Part shown: piece after piece, positions 1 through 8,970 of the stretch
How the letters are laid out: the number at the start of each line of letters is the position of its first letter
Position numbering within the stretch: the stretch's first letter is position 1
DNA from: Sedimentisphaerales bacterium
Lineage (GTDB): Bacteria; Planctomycetota; Phycisphaerae; Sedimentisphaerales; SM23-30
Assembly (NCBI GenBank): GCA_963666285.1
Contig: OY762711.1
DNA: 64,000 bases
Direction: 5' to 3' (one strand)
Position numbers and translations under genes: made by a program
The notes under the pieces: model-generated
The model's database searches: none
Seen by the model: only the letters and a program-made list of their open reading frames with translations
Told to the model about the DNA's origin: nothing

Positions 1-1560
1 AGGTGGGTTGCCAATTATTATGTCATATTTATCTTCGCCAAAATCATGCGGATTGATTTCTTCTCTATTAGAATCTTGGACATGCGTACTATCAAGCAAG
101 CTGTTTCCGAAATGAATATTTGAAGACAAGTCAGGAAGTACAGGGGTCGGCACGCTTGAATCAGTTTCATCTTCGATTAACTTGAGAAGCAAACCAAATT
201 TACATGCCTCTACTGCATTAAAATCTTTATCAACTCCAAAAATGCAGCTTTCGATTAACTTTCTTTTAATTTTATATTGAAGCTTATATGTTGATGTGCT
301 TTTCTGAATCAATTTCCTAGGAGATTCTCTGATATAATAGTCAATCAATATGTCGTTTAATAATTGATATGTCTCTAACAGAAATGCGCCGGAGCCACAT
401 GCTATATCAGAAAAACGGTAACTTAATATTTCCTCGTCTGTCTTTCCTTCACAGTACTCTTGGACTGTTTGCCGCAATATATCCTTGATTATGAAAGTTG
501 GGGTTGTTATGACATCTCTGTCAACATGTTCTGGTTTGTTTTCTAGAACAATTACATTGTCTTTAATTACAAGATGCTGCCCAATAAAAATTTCATAAAT
601 ATTTCCTAATATATCAGAAGCAAATACTGCGAAAGAATAAGTGCTTGCAGGAAAATATAATTGCTCAATAATTGACCAAAACGCAGACTGGTTATTTTCT
701 AAAACAGCATCTGAATACTTATGATCAAATAGGCCAGAATTGTATTTCTTGTCAGCCTCCTTGAACTTTTTAATTAGGGATTCAAAATCCTTTTCTTTAG
801 CACATTGCAGTAAAAATTCATACTCTTCAAGATTCCTGTCTTCGCAAACACGAAGAAAAATAATACTATTAAGGTAGCGATGAACGATATCGTTCAGCTC
901 TATCTCGTCTATATCAGGTCTATGTGAAAATATCTCTTCGCCTAAAATAACACGCCATTGATTAATCTGGTCTAGGAATATCTTGTCAATGCTAAAAAGT
1001 TTCAATTGTTCTTCAATGTCTTTCCAAATTTCATCAAATTGACCACTATAAACACTTTTCTGGCTTAACTGCTTTTTAATCTCATCATATTTTTCAATAT
1101 ATTCAGTGTAGTGGTATAAATTAATACGAGAATGAGAAGCTATGTCGTCAGCACCAACTTGTTTTGAACAGTCATAAATAGCTAGGTGTTCAAAGTTAGA
1201 TAGGACACTAATCTTTAATTTTGCAGTAAACCCATATGCTCGTGTTTGCCTTGCTGGCTCTGGATTTTCATGGATTTTAACATTTGGCTTTTTAGCCTCA
1301 ACAAAAAACTTTCTGGTGTCGAATAACCTAAAAGTATAGTCAGGTTTTTTGGTATTTGACGAAACATTTTCCTTTAAAGGCTCTTCAACCAAAACCTCTC
1401 TTTCATTTGTTATTTTCCCAGATGCATTCTTTATATCCCATCCCAGTAATTCAAAAAAGGGTTCTAAAAAATCAGTTCTAAGCTGAGATTCGTTGTATTT
1501 GCTTGATAGATAATGAGTCCTATTATTTTCGTATTTCTCAATAAGTTTATTTATGCTCAT
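1..1560 (-). CDS. Type IIG (Eco57I-like) restriction-modification enzyme, N-terminal part; runs off window start
   Basis: Manual translation from ATG 1560: MSINKLIEKYENN...NESQLRTDFLEPFFELLGWD...KPDY...FFVEAKK (PD-(D/E)XK nuclease), motif I FSDIACGSGAF, and DIIIGNPP at the window edge (motif IV; gamma-class order). Not in the ORF track. Confidence 0.88.
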   Translation of the reverse strand, partial: MSINKLIEKYENNRTHYLSSKYNESQLRTDFLEPFFELLGWDIKNASGKITNEREVLVEEPLKENVSSNTKKPDYTFRLFDTRKFFVEAKKPNVKIHENPEPARQTRAYGFTAKLKISVLSNFEHLAIYDCSKQVGADDIASHSRINLYHYTEYIEKYDEIKKQLSQKSVYSGQFDEIWKDIEEQLKLFSIDKIFLDQINQWRVILGEEIFSHRPDIDEIELNDIVHRYLNSIIFLRVCEDRNLEEYEFLLQCAKEKDFESLIKKFKEADKKYNSGLFDHKYSDAVLENNQSAFWSIIEQLYFPASTYSFAVFASDILGNIYEIFIGQHLVIKDNVIVLENKPEHVDRDVITTPTFIIKDILRQTVQEYCEGKTDEEILSYRFSDIACGSGAFLLETYQLLNDILIDYYIRESPRKLIQKSTSTYKLQYKIKRKLIESCIFGVDKDFNAVEACKFGLLLKLIEDETDSSVPTPVLPDLSSNIHFGNSLLDSTHVQDSNREEINPHDFGEDKYDIIIGNPP

Positions 1561-1755
1561 AACAGATCTCCATATCTTATTTGTCTTCCTGCAACAAGAA
1601 AAACATTAGTGCCTATGCAATAGTACCCAGCGGTAAATGCTGATAAATCGTAAATCCTTTTAAGTTCTGAAAATAAACCTTTTCGATAATTGGATTGCAT
1701 CGTAAATTATATATCCCATAGCCACATAGACAAAATCATTCTCAGGCATAGGTTT

Positions 1756-1971
1756 TTAAATCTTTTCGTCAGGAAGCTTTCCTTTTTCGCTCAGCCACCG
1801 ATCAATGGTTTCCTTGTGAAACCGCCAATGCCGCCCAACTTTCTGACCTGGTAATTTGTCTTCCTGAGCCAGTTTATAGAGTGTAGACTTAGCGACCTTC
1901 AAGTAAGTTGAAAGTTCGTCAATTGTCATTACACTTGTATTCTCTTCAAACATATTATTCGCCTTGTGCAT
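1756..1971 (-). CDS. Excisionase-like HTH DNA-binding protein (HTH_17 type)
   Basis: MTIDELSTYLKVAKSTLYKLAQEDKLPGQKVGRHWRF; true start probably at a downstream Met. Confidence 0.85.
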   Translation of the reverse strand: MHKANNMFEENTSVMTIDELSTYLKVAKSTLYKLAQEDKLPGQKVGRHWRFHKETIDRWLSEKGKLPDEKI

Positions 1972-2293
1972 AAATTGGCTATTTTAGAGGATAGTACAGC
2001 TTCTAAAGCCTCGGAATGCCATATATTTAACAGTTATTAATGCTTGCTGTCAATTACTAATTACCAGATGTCCGATTTAGAGTACATAAACTTGATTTTT
2101 TAAGCTTAATTTGTTAAAATTTTATTAAAAGGTTCAGAAAAGACGTGAATTCTGAACCTTTTTTCACGTCGATTTTGCAATTTTTTCTAAGAAATCCATA
2201 TTTTCAGCCCCTTATGAGGCCATTTTCCACTTTTTGCCCGTGTCATCCAGAGCAAGAATACATTTACACTGCCTATATCTGGCAAGCCTATTA

Positions 2294-2330
2294 TGCACAT
2301 AAATGCTTATTAGTAAAGCATATAAGTGCA
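2294..2330. promoter_or_regulatory. Imperfect inverted repeat, possible accessory protein-binding site
   Basis: TGCACATAAATGCTTA ... AAAGCATATAAGTGCA, just upstream of the dif-like site. Confidence 0.45.
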
Positions 2331-2347
2331 AATCAATCTCCATCAAA

Positions 2348-2375
2348 GGTTCATATAACACGTCTTAGATGAACT
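2348..2375. other. dif-like tyrosine recombinase core site (11-6-11)
   Basis: GGTTCATATAA-CACGTC-TTAGATGAACT: inverted 11-bp arms with a 6-bp spacer, 34 bp upstream of the tyrosine recombinase. Confidence 0.7.
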
Positions 2376-2409
2376 CAAGTGACAGGAGAAGTATTTTGAT
2401 TAAAAAAGC

Positions 2410-3039
2410 ATGATAACCGGCAATTGGATTCTGGAGCCAAGCAAGTTTCTAAACAGGAGTCAGGCTGGCGATTTACTTGGTACCGCCAAAGAGCAAGCTG
2501 AGATTTCACAGGCCAGAAGCGAAAAAGTCGCTGTTCGGGACTACTTTGTAGTCCATTTTAATATTGGAACTGGCCTGAGAGTTGCGGAACTGGCAGATTT
2601 GAACTGCGGCGATCTGTTTATCAATGGCAAATCGAGTTCTGTATTGGTCAGGAATGGCAAAGGCAGCAAGAAGCGATTGGTCTTTATTAGTGAGTTATTG
2701 GCAAGCCACTGTAAGGAGTATCTTCGGTGGAAAAAGCAGATCGGGGAATCGGTCGAAGATGATTCGCCATTATTTCTGTCAAGCAATACCGGCAGGCACA
2801 TGACTTCCAGAGCTTTGCAGAAAGCTTTTAAGCGATGTGCCAAGAGAGCGAATTTGGACTCAAATTATTCGATTCACTGCCTTAGGCACACATACGCCTG
2901 TTTTTTGCTGAAAGCCAGCGACTGGAATCTCAGGCTTGTTCAGAAGCAGCTTGGCCATGCCCGGATATCCACAACACAAGTATATGCTGACGTAATGATG
3001 CCTGACATCGAAAAGGCACTTAACAAACTGCACTTATAA
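2410..3039 (+). CDS. Short tyrosine recombinase (catalytic domain only)
   Basis: GLRVAEL (R), GKGSK (K), HCLRH (HxxR), LGH, TQVY (Y); 209 aa. Confidence 0.93.
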   Translation: MITGNWILEPSKFLNRSQAGDLLGTAKEQAEISQARSEKVAVRDYFVVHFNIGTGLRVAELADLNCGDLFINGKSSSVLVRNGKGSKKRLVFISELLASHCKEYLRWKKQIGESVEDDSPLFLSSNTGRHMTSRALQKAFKRCAKRANLDSNYSIHCLRHTYACFLLKASDWNLRLVQKQLGHARISTTQVYADVMMPDIEKALNKLHL

Positions 3040-3122
3040 AAGATTATTCACCGTACGGTGGTAACAAGGATAAAATTTATAAGGACAATCGTTTTCCAAT
3101 AATAATAAGAGAGGATATTAAA

Positions 3123-3800
3123 ATGAAACTTCCAGATTTTATTAAAAAGCCATTAACTGGGCTTGCTTTACTAGCTGCGGCAACATCCGCAAATGCTGGG
3201 GTGACTACTGATCTACAAGTAGGAAATTATAACAATCTTGACAATGGTTTTAATTACACCTTAGCAATCACCAATACATATCCTGATATTACATTCGATT
3301 CTGGATTAGTTAAAAGTGATTTTATCAATGGTTTAGCTGATAGTATCGCAAACTACAATCCTAACGTAGATAAGCAGAGTGTTGTTGATGAATTGAATTC
3401 TACTATCGGCTTTTTTCCAACTAGTGACTACAACGGAAGTACCGGCTGGTTCAACTCTATTACTCCAGCGGGAGACATTGAGTTGACTAATAATGGAATA
3501 ATTCCAGGAGTTACTTACAATGAATGGAATCAGGACGGCACCGCTGTTCTTCATGGATTCGTGAATGCAGACCTGCTTGATGTTGATGGTGTTACTGGGT
3601 ACAATCCTGTTACTGATCTGGGCTTAAGAATTGATTCACTAAATCCGTACATCAATGGAGTTATTGGAACAAGTACTAACAACCTACGGTACGGTGGGGA
3701 TTTAGATCGACTTGAAGCTACCCCTGTCCCAGAGCCTTCATCGTTAGCACTTGTTGGAATGGGAGCATTAGCATTATCAGGTTACAGAAAAAGAAAATAA
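3123..3800 (+). CDS. PEP-CTERM sorting domain protein
   Basis: Signal peptide ending ANA; C-terminal VPEPSSLALVGMGALALSGYRKRK. Confidence 0.92.
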   Translation: MKLPDFIKKPLTGLALLAAATSANAGVTTDLQVGNYNNLDNGFNYTLAITNTYPDITFDSGLVKSDFINGLADSIANYNPNVDKQSVVDELNSTIGFFPTSDYNGSTGWFNSITPAGDIELTNNGIIPGVTYNEWNQDGTAVLHGFVNADLLDVDGVTGYNPVTDLGLRIDSLNPYINGVIGTSTNNLRYGGDLDRLEATPVPEPSSLALVGMGALALSGYRKRK

Positions 3801-3820
3801 TATTAATTTTGGAAAGTTTC

Positions 3821-3855
3821 ATAATGAAGATTGGTGTCTTGCCGGTCTTCATTAT
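3821..3855. terminator. Hairpin between convergent genes
   Basis: ATAATGAAGATTGGT-GTCTT-GCCGGTCTTCATTAT. Confidence 0.6.
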
Positions 3856-6800
3856 TAGTTCAAAACATGAGTTTTTGAAATATTGTTTAGAAAGTCACCC
3901 TCATAGTAAAACAAGTCTCCGTAATCAAATAAACCGCTTTTACTGTCATCATAAATTTTAACTATACCGCCTCTTCCTGATATATTTGCGTAAGATCCAA
4001 AAGAGTTTTGAGAAAATATTTTGTATTGAATCTCATCCATACTATCACTCACCGTAAATCTTCCAAGCACACAGCCGCTATCATCACAGCCGTCCTGCAC
4101 AAAAGAATATTTTCCCATATAATAAGAAGTATTCATAACTACTCCATCAAAACTATTGTCAACATCTACTAACCACCAACTATCGCCATAACTGGCATTA
4201 TAATCATTAGTCAGGTCAGTAGTGAATGAGTAACTGAAATTATTGGCGACAGAATTATTAAACCAGTATTGGTTATATCCATCTTTGCCAACAGAAACTA
4301 AATTGCTTAAATCTACATCTGACAGATTAATTGGTTCATTAAAAGTCAGATTCAACTCGAAGGTACTCAACTCGAAGGGACTATTGACTAAGGAGACTTT
4401 CAGATTACTCACGGTGTCAATGTCATGAAGCAAAGTATAATTTCTGAAATCGGTCATATGACTATTGTTTTTTGAATAGTCCCATTCAGGAATATGGGTT
4501 TCAATAAATGTTATATTTTCAACCGCCGAATCAATACTCATCAACACTGTTTCATTAAAATATTCAAAATCAGTATCAAAGCTGAAATTTAATACAACAG
4601 AAGTGCCATCCCACGTCATAAACCAACCCGAGACATTCTTGCTAAGATCAATATTGCTGCTGCCTAATGAATCTGAATAGCTTCCTGATAATTGGATCGG
4701 ATTTCCAGTGGAATTCAAAAATGAGATCGTTGAATAATTATAAACATACCTGTTTGCGAAATCAATTGCTTTGGTATTCGACCCATAGTCATATATAGTT
4801 CCATCAAAAGAATTGACCGTCATTCCTGACAGATTGCAGCCTTCTAACTTCACTTCTGACTCGCTGCTTCCCGTGAAGACAACACCGTTAATAAAACTTA
4901 CATTTTCAAATCGTAATACCCCTAAATCAGTTCCGGATATATTAATGCTGCTTCCATTAAAAATCGAATTTGAGACAGTACCGTTTGACTCACTAAAATT
5001 AACAGATGCATTGAACACAACCTGATTTATATTGACTCGGACATTATCAAATTCAACATTAGCAACAAAATCTTTTCTAACAGATCCTGAATAATCACAT
5101 CCGCTCGCAATAATAGCGATTCCAAGACTGAACGGCAGATCGTAATCTGCACATCTGGTTTCATCGGTTATTGTGTCAGCCAAAATCATAGAATATTGAT
5201 TCGGTGCAAAATCTATAGCAAAAGAATCGTCTGAATTCTGGTTAAAAGTATAGAGGTTAGATTTATCAACCAGATAGTATTTCAGATTCTGAGACGAATC
5301 ATAATAATCATTTCGATAAGTTCGCCCGACCATATTCACCTTAAAGAAGTAATCGTTATAGTTCCATCCATTGACAGTGTTAATGTCTGAAAATGTGAAA
5401 TTAACTATCGGAGAAGTTTTATTGACATTAATTTTTGCCGTATATTCTGTGCTCAGGTTCCTGAAATCTGAAATATTATTGTCTGCAATTTTCAACAACC
5501 GATTGCCGCTGATATAGGAGTAGATTATTTCCGAGTCAGAATCATTATCGAAATCATAGTTTGCTGAAACGTATGCGGGCGACCAATCAAATGTTTTAGT
5601 TGTCAATGAATTTACAAGGTAGATTCCTAATACCCCCGAACCCTTAAAAGCATGGTATATGAGATCATAATTAGCATCTCCCATAACGTCTAATAATTGT
5701 GTTTCGTAAAGAAAGTTTAGGCCAAAATCAAATGATTCTTCCAACTCCAATCCGCTTCCGCTGTAATTATACCAGTAGACTCCATAATCGGTGCTATCCA
5801 CACCGATTTCAATATGTCCATCCGAATCATAATCTCCTGCGAATATTGATTTGACATCAAACCCGTTTGCATTAATATAATAATAGTCCCATTCAGAAAT
5901 GTTCATGGACAAGTTGTTTCGATGAAATAATTTGATTTGATTCGGAGCTGAAACATCATAATAGCATATTACATCTTGTATCGTATCTTTGTCAATGTCG
6001 ATAATCTTCATATCTGTGCATTTATAGTTTCCTCCAGAGACAATCTTAGTATTAACAGGGACAAATGCGTCTCCATCTAAACTATAATAATTATATTGCC
6101 ATTGCCCTCCGTCTGCACTGGTTGCATTCAAAACCAATACATCCTTGTAAAAATCCCCATCAATATCGAACGCGCTAAACGACAAAATATGATCCATGCC
6201 GTCAACTACCTGAGCACCATAATTAAACCTAAAACCATCACCATCAATCGCCCCAAGTAATAAATGGATATCACTCTTGTTGCCAATCAGAATGTCACCG
6301 ATTCCATCCCAATTGAAATCAGTGATGAAAAACTCTGCGTCATTATTCATAACAACACCTGTAGCTGGAAGTGTAACTGAATTCAAAATCTCTCCGGCAC
6401 CTGAGTAATTCGCCCGAACATTAACTCCATCAAAGACAAGAAGGCCATCATCTTCAAGCACAATTAAATCGTCAATACCATCCAAATCTATATCGTAATT
6501 GCCAAGCTTAAATCCATTAGCAGATGAAATCCCAGAAAATGGGTTAGAGTTTGAAACCGAAAACTGCGGTTCATAAGGCTCAACTGAAACATAACCACTG
6601 CCATTGTACCAGCCGCCAGAATATGAGCAGTTGTAGACAAGGTTTATATTGTCCGAATTACTATATGTATGCGTGTAGCTCTGCACATCCGAATAATCAT
6701 TACTGTCAATTGAAATGTCACAGGAATCAAAATCAATTGTGCTTCTATCAGATTCAACATACCATGAAACAATTTCGTATTCATTTTCGATATATTGCAT

Positions 6801-7178
6801 TGGAGAATAATCAAAGTCTAAGTAAAACTTTCCCTGCTGGTTATAAGGCACAGTCCAGTTTAAGAAGTAGTCAGTGCCGTTTGAACAATTGAAATACAAA
6901 TAAGTACCATTTATGAAAGATATGGTAAAATTGTACAAATTGCCCGAACTTCCATTTGCTTGATAAAAAGTTGCATTGTCGTAACTGAACGAACAGTTAT
7001 TCGAATTTTGCAGAATGTTAGAAGAGTAGAGACCGACTGTTAAATTGACATTGTCATTTTTGTACAAGTCCATCCAAAATGGATTTTCAATATTTGTTAC
7101 ATTGCCTTGAATTGTATTTGCAAAACATAAGCTAGAAATAATTACTGCAAATACCAAGCAAAACGTTATGCCCCTCAT
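3855..7178 (-). CDS. Large secreted/surface protein with FG-GAP/VCBS-like repeats, very sequon-rich
   Basis: Signal peptide; repeats such as DLDGIDDLIV, DFNWDGIGDILI, DIDGDFYKDVLV, GDYDSDGHIEI; about 45 N-x-S/T by manual count; no C-terminal anchor. Confidence 0.8.
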   Translation of the reverse strand: MRGITFCLVFAVIISSLCFANTIQGNVTNIENPFWMDLYKNDNVNLTVGLYSSNILQNSNNCSFSYDNATFYQANGSSGNLYNFTISFINGTYLYFNCSNGTDYFLNWTVPYNQQGKFYLDFDYSPMQYIENEYEIVSWYVESDRSTIDFDSCDISIDSNDYSDVQSYTHTYSNSDNINLVYNCSYSGGWYNGSGYVSVEPYEPQFSVSNSNPFSGISSANGFKLGNYDIDLDGIDDLIVLEDDGLLVFDGVNVRANYSGAGEILNSVTLPATGVVMNNDAEFFITDFNWDGIGDILIGNKSDIHLLLGAIDGDGFRFNYGAQVVDGMDHILSFSAFDIDGDFYKDVLVLNATSADGGQWQYNYYSLDGDAFVPVNTKIVSGGNYKCTDMKIIDIDKDTIQDVICYYDVSAPNQIKLFHRNNLSMNISEWDYYYINANGFDVKSIFAGDYDSDGHIEIGVDSTDYGVYWYNYSGSGLELEESFDFGLNFLYETQLLDVMGDANYDLIYHAFKGSGVLGIYLVNSLTTKTFDWSPAYVSANYDFDNDSDSEIIYSYISGNRLLKIADNNISDFRNLSTEYTAKINVNKTSPIVNFTFSDINTVNGWNYNDYFFKVNMVGRTYRNDYYDSSQNLKYYLVDKSNLYTFNQNSDDSFAIDFAPNQYSMILADTITDETRCADYDLPFSLGIAIIASGCDYSGSVRKDFVANVEFDNVRVNINQVVFNASVNFSESNGTVSNSIFNGSSINISGTDLGVLRFENVSFINGVVFTGSSESEVKLEGCNLSGMTVNSFDGTIYDYGSNTKAIDFANRYVYNYSTISFLNSTGNPIQLSGSYSDSLGSSNIDLSKNVSGWFMTWDGTSVVLNFSFDTDFEYFNETVLMSIDSAVENITFIETHIPEWDYSKNNSHMTDFRNYTLLHDIDTVSNLKVSLVNSPFELSTFELNLTFNEPINLSDVDLSNLVSVGKDGYNQYWFNNSVANNFSYSFTTDLTNDYNASYGDSWWLVDVDNSFDGVVMNTSYYMGKYSFVQDGCDDSGCVLGRFTVSDSMDEIQYKIFSQNSFGSYANISGRGGIVKIYDDSKSGLFDYGDLFYYEGDFLNNISKTHVLN

Positions 7179-7200
7179 ATTGTGACTATCTGGTTAAGCT

Positions 7201-7208
7201 TATATAAA
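7201..7208 (-). promoter_or_regulatory. Archaeal-type TATA box of the surface protein gene
   Basis: Minus strand caaaatc-TTTATATA, 22 nt before ATG 7178, no SD. Confidence 0.6.
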
Positions 7209-7295
7209 GATTTTGTTTGAGTATTGGTCTACGTTATTATCGGTATAGCAAAAACTTAATAAAGCAGTTAATTGTTCCAAAAATTGGTTAAAGTC

Positions 7296-7340
7296 GTCAT
7301 TAAGCTTCCTTTCGGGGAAACTTAATGGCATTTTCTTTCT
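7296..7340. terminator. UUCG-loop hairpin followed by a T-rich tract
   Basis: GTCATTAAGCTTCCT-TTCG-GGGAAACTTAATGGC then ATTTTCTTTCT. Confidence 0.5.
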
Positions 7341-7386
7341 GGTGAATAGCCCCAGTTAACTGCGACAAGCCTCCATAAATATCAGA

Positions 7387-7599
7387 TTATTCATCTATGA
7401 CTACCATTGAGCCATCATTAAATAAATCACCCTGATAAGCAATTTCCATACCAGGAATTGCTTTGGGAGATTTGCTGATAAGGGTATCGTTATCGACTGA
7501 GTAAGCAGTTTCATTTATCGCTATTTCAGAATCATCATTTGCCATGATGGTGCATCCTGAAAGAAGTAATAGTATTGTCAATACAAATATTAATTTCAT
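7387..7599 (-). CDS. Small lipoprotein-like hypothetical protein
   Basis: Start re-called at ATG 7599: MKLIFVLTILLLLSGC (lipobox); TTTTAAAT box 21 nt upstream. Confidence 0.65.
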   Translation of the reverse strand: MKLIFVLTILLLLSGCTIMANDDSEIAINETAYSVDNDTLISKSPKAIPGMEIAYQGDLFNDGSMVVIDE

Positions 7600-7639
7600 G
7601 TCAATAACCAAAGTCGCCATATTTAAAAGCATTTTGTTC

Positions 7640-7792
7640 TTAATTTTTCTGTTGGTTATTATTTGTCGGCAAACCGTAAGTGAATACATCTAAACATGCT
7701 TGAATCCTTTCCATTCCTTCTTTTTCTGATATTTCTTTTCTATCGTAAGCATCAAGAATCCGTCTTATCTTTTTGATCATTTTAGTGTCCAT
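7640..7792 (-). CDS. 50-aa hypothetical protein (not in ORF track)
   Basis: MDTKMIKKIRRILDAYDRKEISEKEGMERIQACLDVFTYGLPTNNNQQKN; AGGAG SD; TTTATAA box at 7840-7846. Confidence 0.55.
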   Translation of the reverse strand: MDTKMIKKIRRILDAYDRKEISEKEGMERIQACLDVFTYGLPTNNNQQKN

Positions 7793-7872
7793 TTACACAT
7801 TTTCTCCTTTTTGGCAATCTATTTAGGTATTAAGCTAGCTTATAAAGATGAAGTGTCATTTATTCACGACCT

Positions 7873-7925
7873 CTGCATAATTATGCAGTGATAGTATAAA
7901 AAGGTATCTGTTTAATTATGCAGAT
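7873..7925. promoter_or_regulatory. Two palindromic operators flanking a TATA box
   Basis: Perfect CTGCATAATTATGCAG (7873-7888), TATAAAAA (7895-7902), near-copy CTGTTTAATTATGCAG (7908-7923). Confidence 0.7.
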
Positions 7926-8141
7926 ATGCCAAGGAAAACTTTATCTCAGATATCAGCATCGATTCAGTCATTATTGCAAAGCGAAGGCGAATTATCCGTC
8001 AGGCAGATAGCCCGGCTTACACATACACAGTGGCGAACAGCTGATAAAGCACTGGAACTTTTAAAGTCACTTGGCCTTATTGAGGAACGAAGATCAGATA
8101 ATAACAAAAGAAATGAACGCCTGTTCCGCTTGATTAAATAA
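7926..8141 (+). CDS. Small winged-helix DNA-binding protein
   Basis: LSVRQIARLTHTQWRTADKALELLKSLGLIEE. Confidence 0.8.
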   Translation: MPRKTLSQISASIQSLLQSEGELSVRQIARLTHTQWRTADKALELLKSLGLIEERRSDNNKRNERLFRLIK

Positions 8142-8167
8142 AATCAACATATCATGCTTAATCAGCA

Positions 8168-8518
8168 TTAAACCCGATATAGCTGATCATAGAGGCGAAC
8201 AGGCAGATAATCCCTAACTGCAGTATCAAGGCCTTCAACCATATGCAAAGCCTGGGGTAGCTGCCCCTGAACAAGAGCATCATAAACATCCTCCAAGTCC
8301 GCAACATCACTAAATGTCGTGCCTGCGATGTCATATTGCTTACGTTTGATATATCCTTTACCATCATCGATCAGTCCGTCGATCTGTGTATGAAGCGATG
8401 CGACATCTTCAATATACTGACCAAGCAAATATCCCTGCGGCAGTCTTGATTGCAAGATTGACTGTTGTTTTTCAGTTAGCTCTTCAAGTGAAAGACATTT
8501 ATTACGCTTACTGGCCAC
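8168..8518 (-). CDS. Hypothetical protein, paralogous to the C-terminal half of 15382..15882
   Basis: GAGGTG SD before GTG; shared motif DV..L.DV..A...G....A...EGL.....D..P.RL. Confidence 0.65.
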   Translation of the reverse strand: MASKRNKCLSLEELTEKQQSILQSRLPQGYLLGQYIEDVASLHTQIDGLIDDGKGYIKRKQYDIAGTTFSDVADLEDVYDALVQGQLPQALHMVEGLDTAVRDYLPVRLYDQLYRV

Positions 8519-8939
8519 TGTCTACACCTCGAAAATAATTACCTGCAAGCTGCTCAATTGGCCGCATATACATATCAATACCCGCTGCGTCGGGCCTGTA
8601 ACCTTCCAGTTGATGATATATATCCGCAGCAGCAATCAATTGCTCAACGTAATTATTCGCAGGAACTGCACTTTGAACCTCAACTTCCGGTGTTAAAAGC
8701 TGGATGTCTATAAATTCAGATCGCATTCTCCTGCTGAAAATAGCGTAATAGCCATCTCTCCCCTCTATATCAATCTGCGTATATCTTGGGTGCTGCAATG
8801 TCCCGCGATCCCGCCCAGCCATATATGAAGCAACCACTATATCATTCACCAAATCATTTTTATCATCACCGGCATTGAACCTGTTATGGTATTGTCGAAC
8901 AATCCCTTCGATAGTTTCCCGTTGTATTGGATCAGTCAT
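8508..8939 (-). CDS. Hypothetical protein
   Basis: 143-aa ORF overlapping the next gene, operon-like arrangement. Confidence 0.6.
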   Translation of the reverse strand: MTDPIQRETIEGIVRQYHNRFNAGDDKNDLVNDIVVASYMAGRDRGTLQHPRYTQIDIEGRDGYYAIFSRRMRSEFIDIQLLTPEVEVQSAVPANNYVEQLIAAADIYHQLEGYRPDAAGIDMYMRPIEQLAGNYFRGVDSGQ

Positions 8940-8970
8940 CGTATATCATAAAGCAAACCCAATAATTCAT

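Noticed and set aside
2145..2372. 75-aa ORF upstream of the recombinase
   Set aside because: Overlaps the inverted repeats and dif-like site; no protein features.
7280..7375. Self-cleaving ribozyme
   Set aside because: No hammerhead core (CTGATGA...GAAA) or other recognisable ribozyme consensus.
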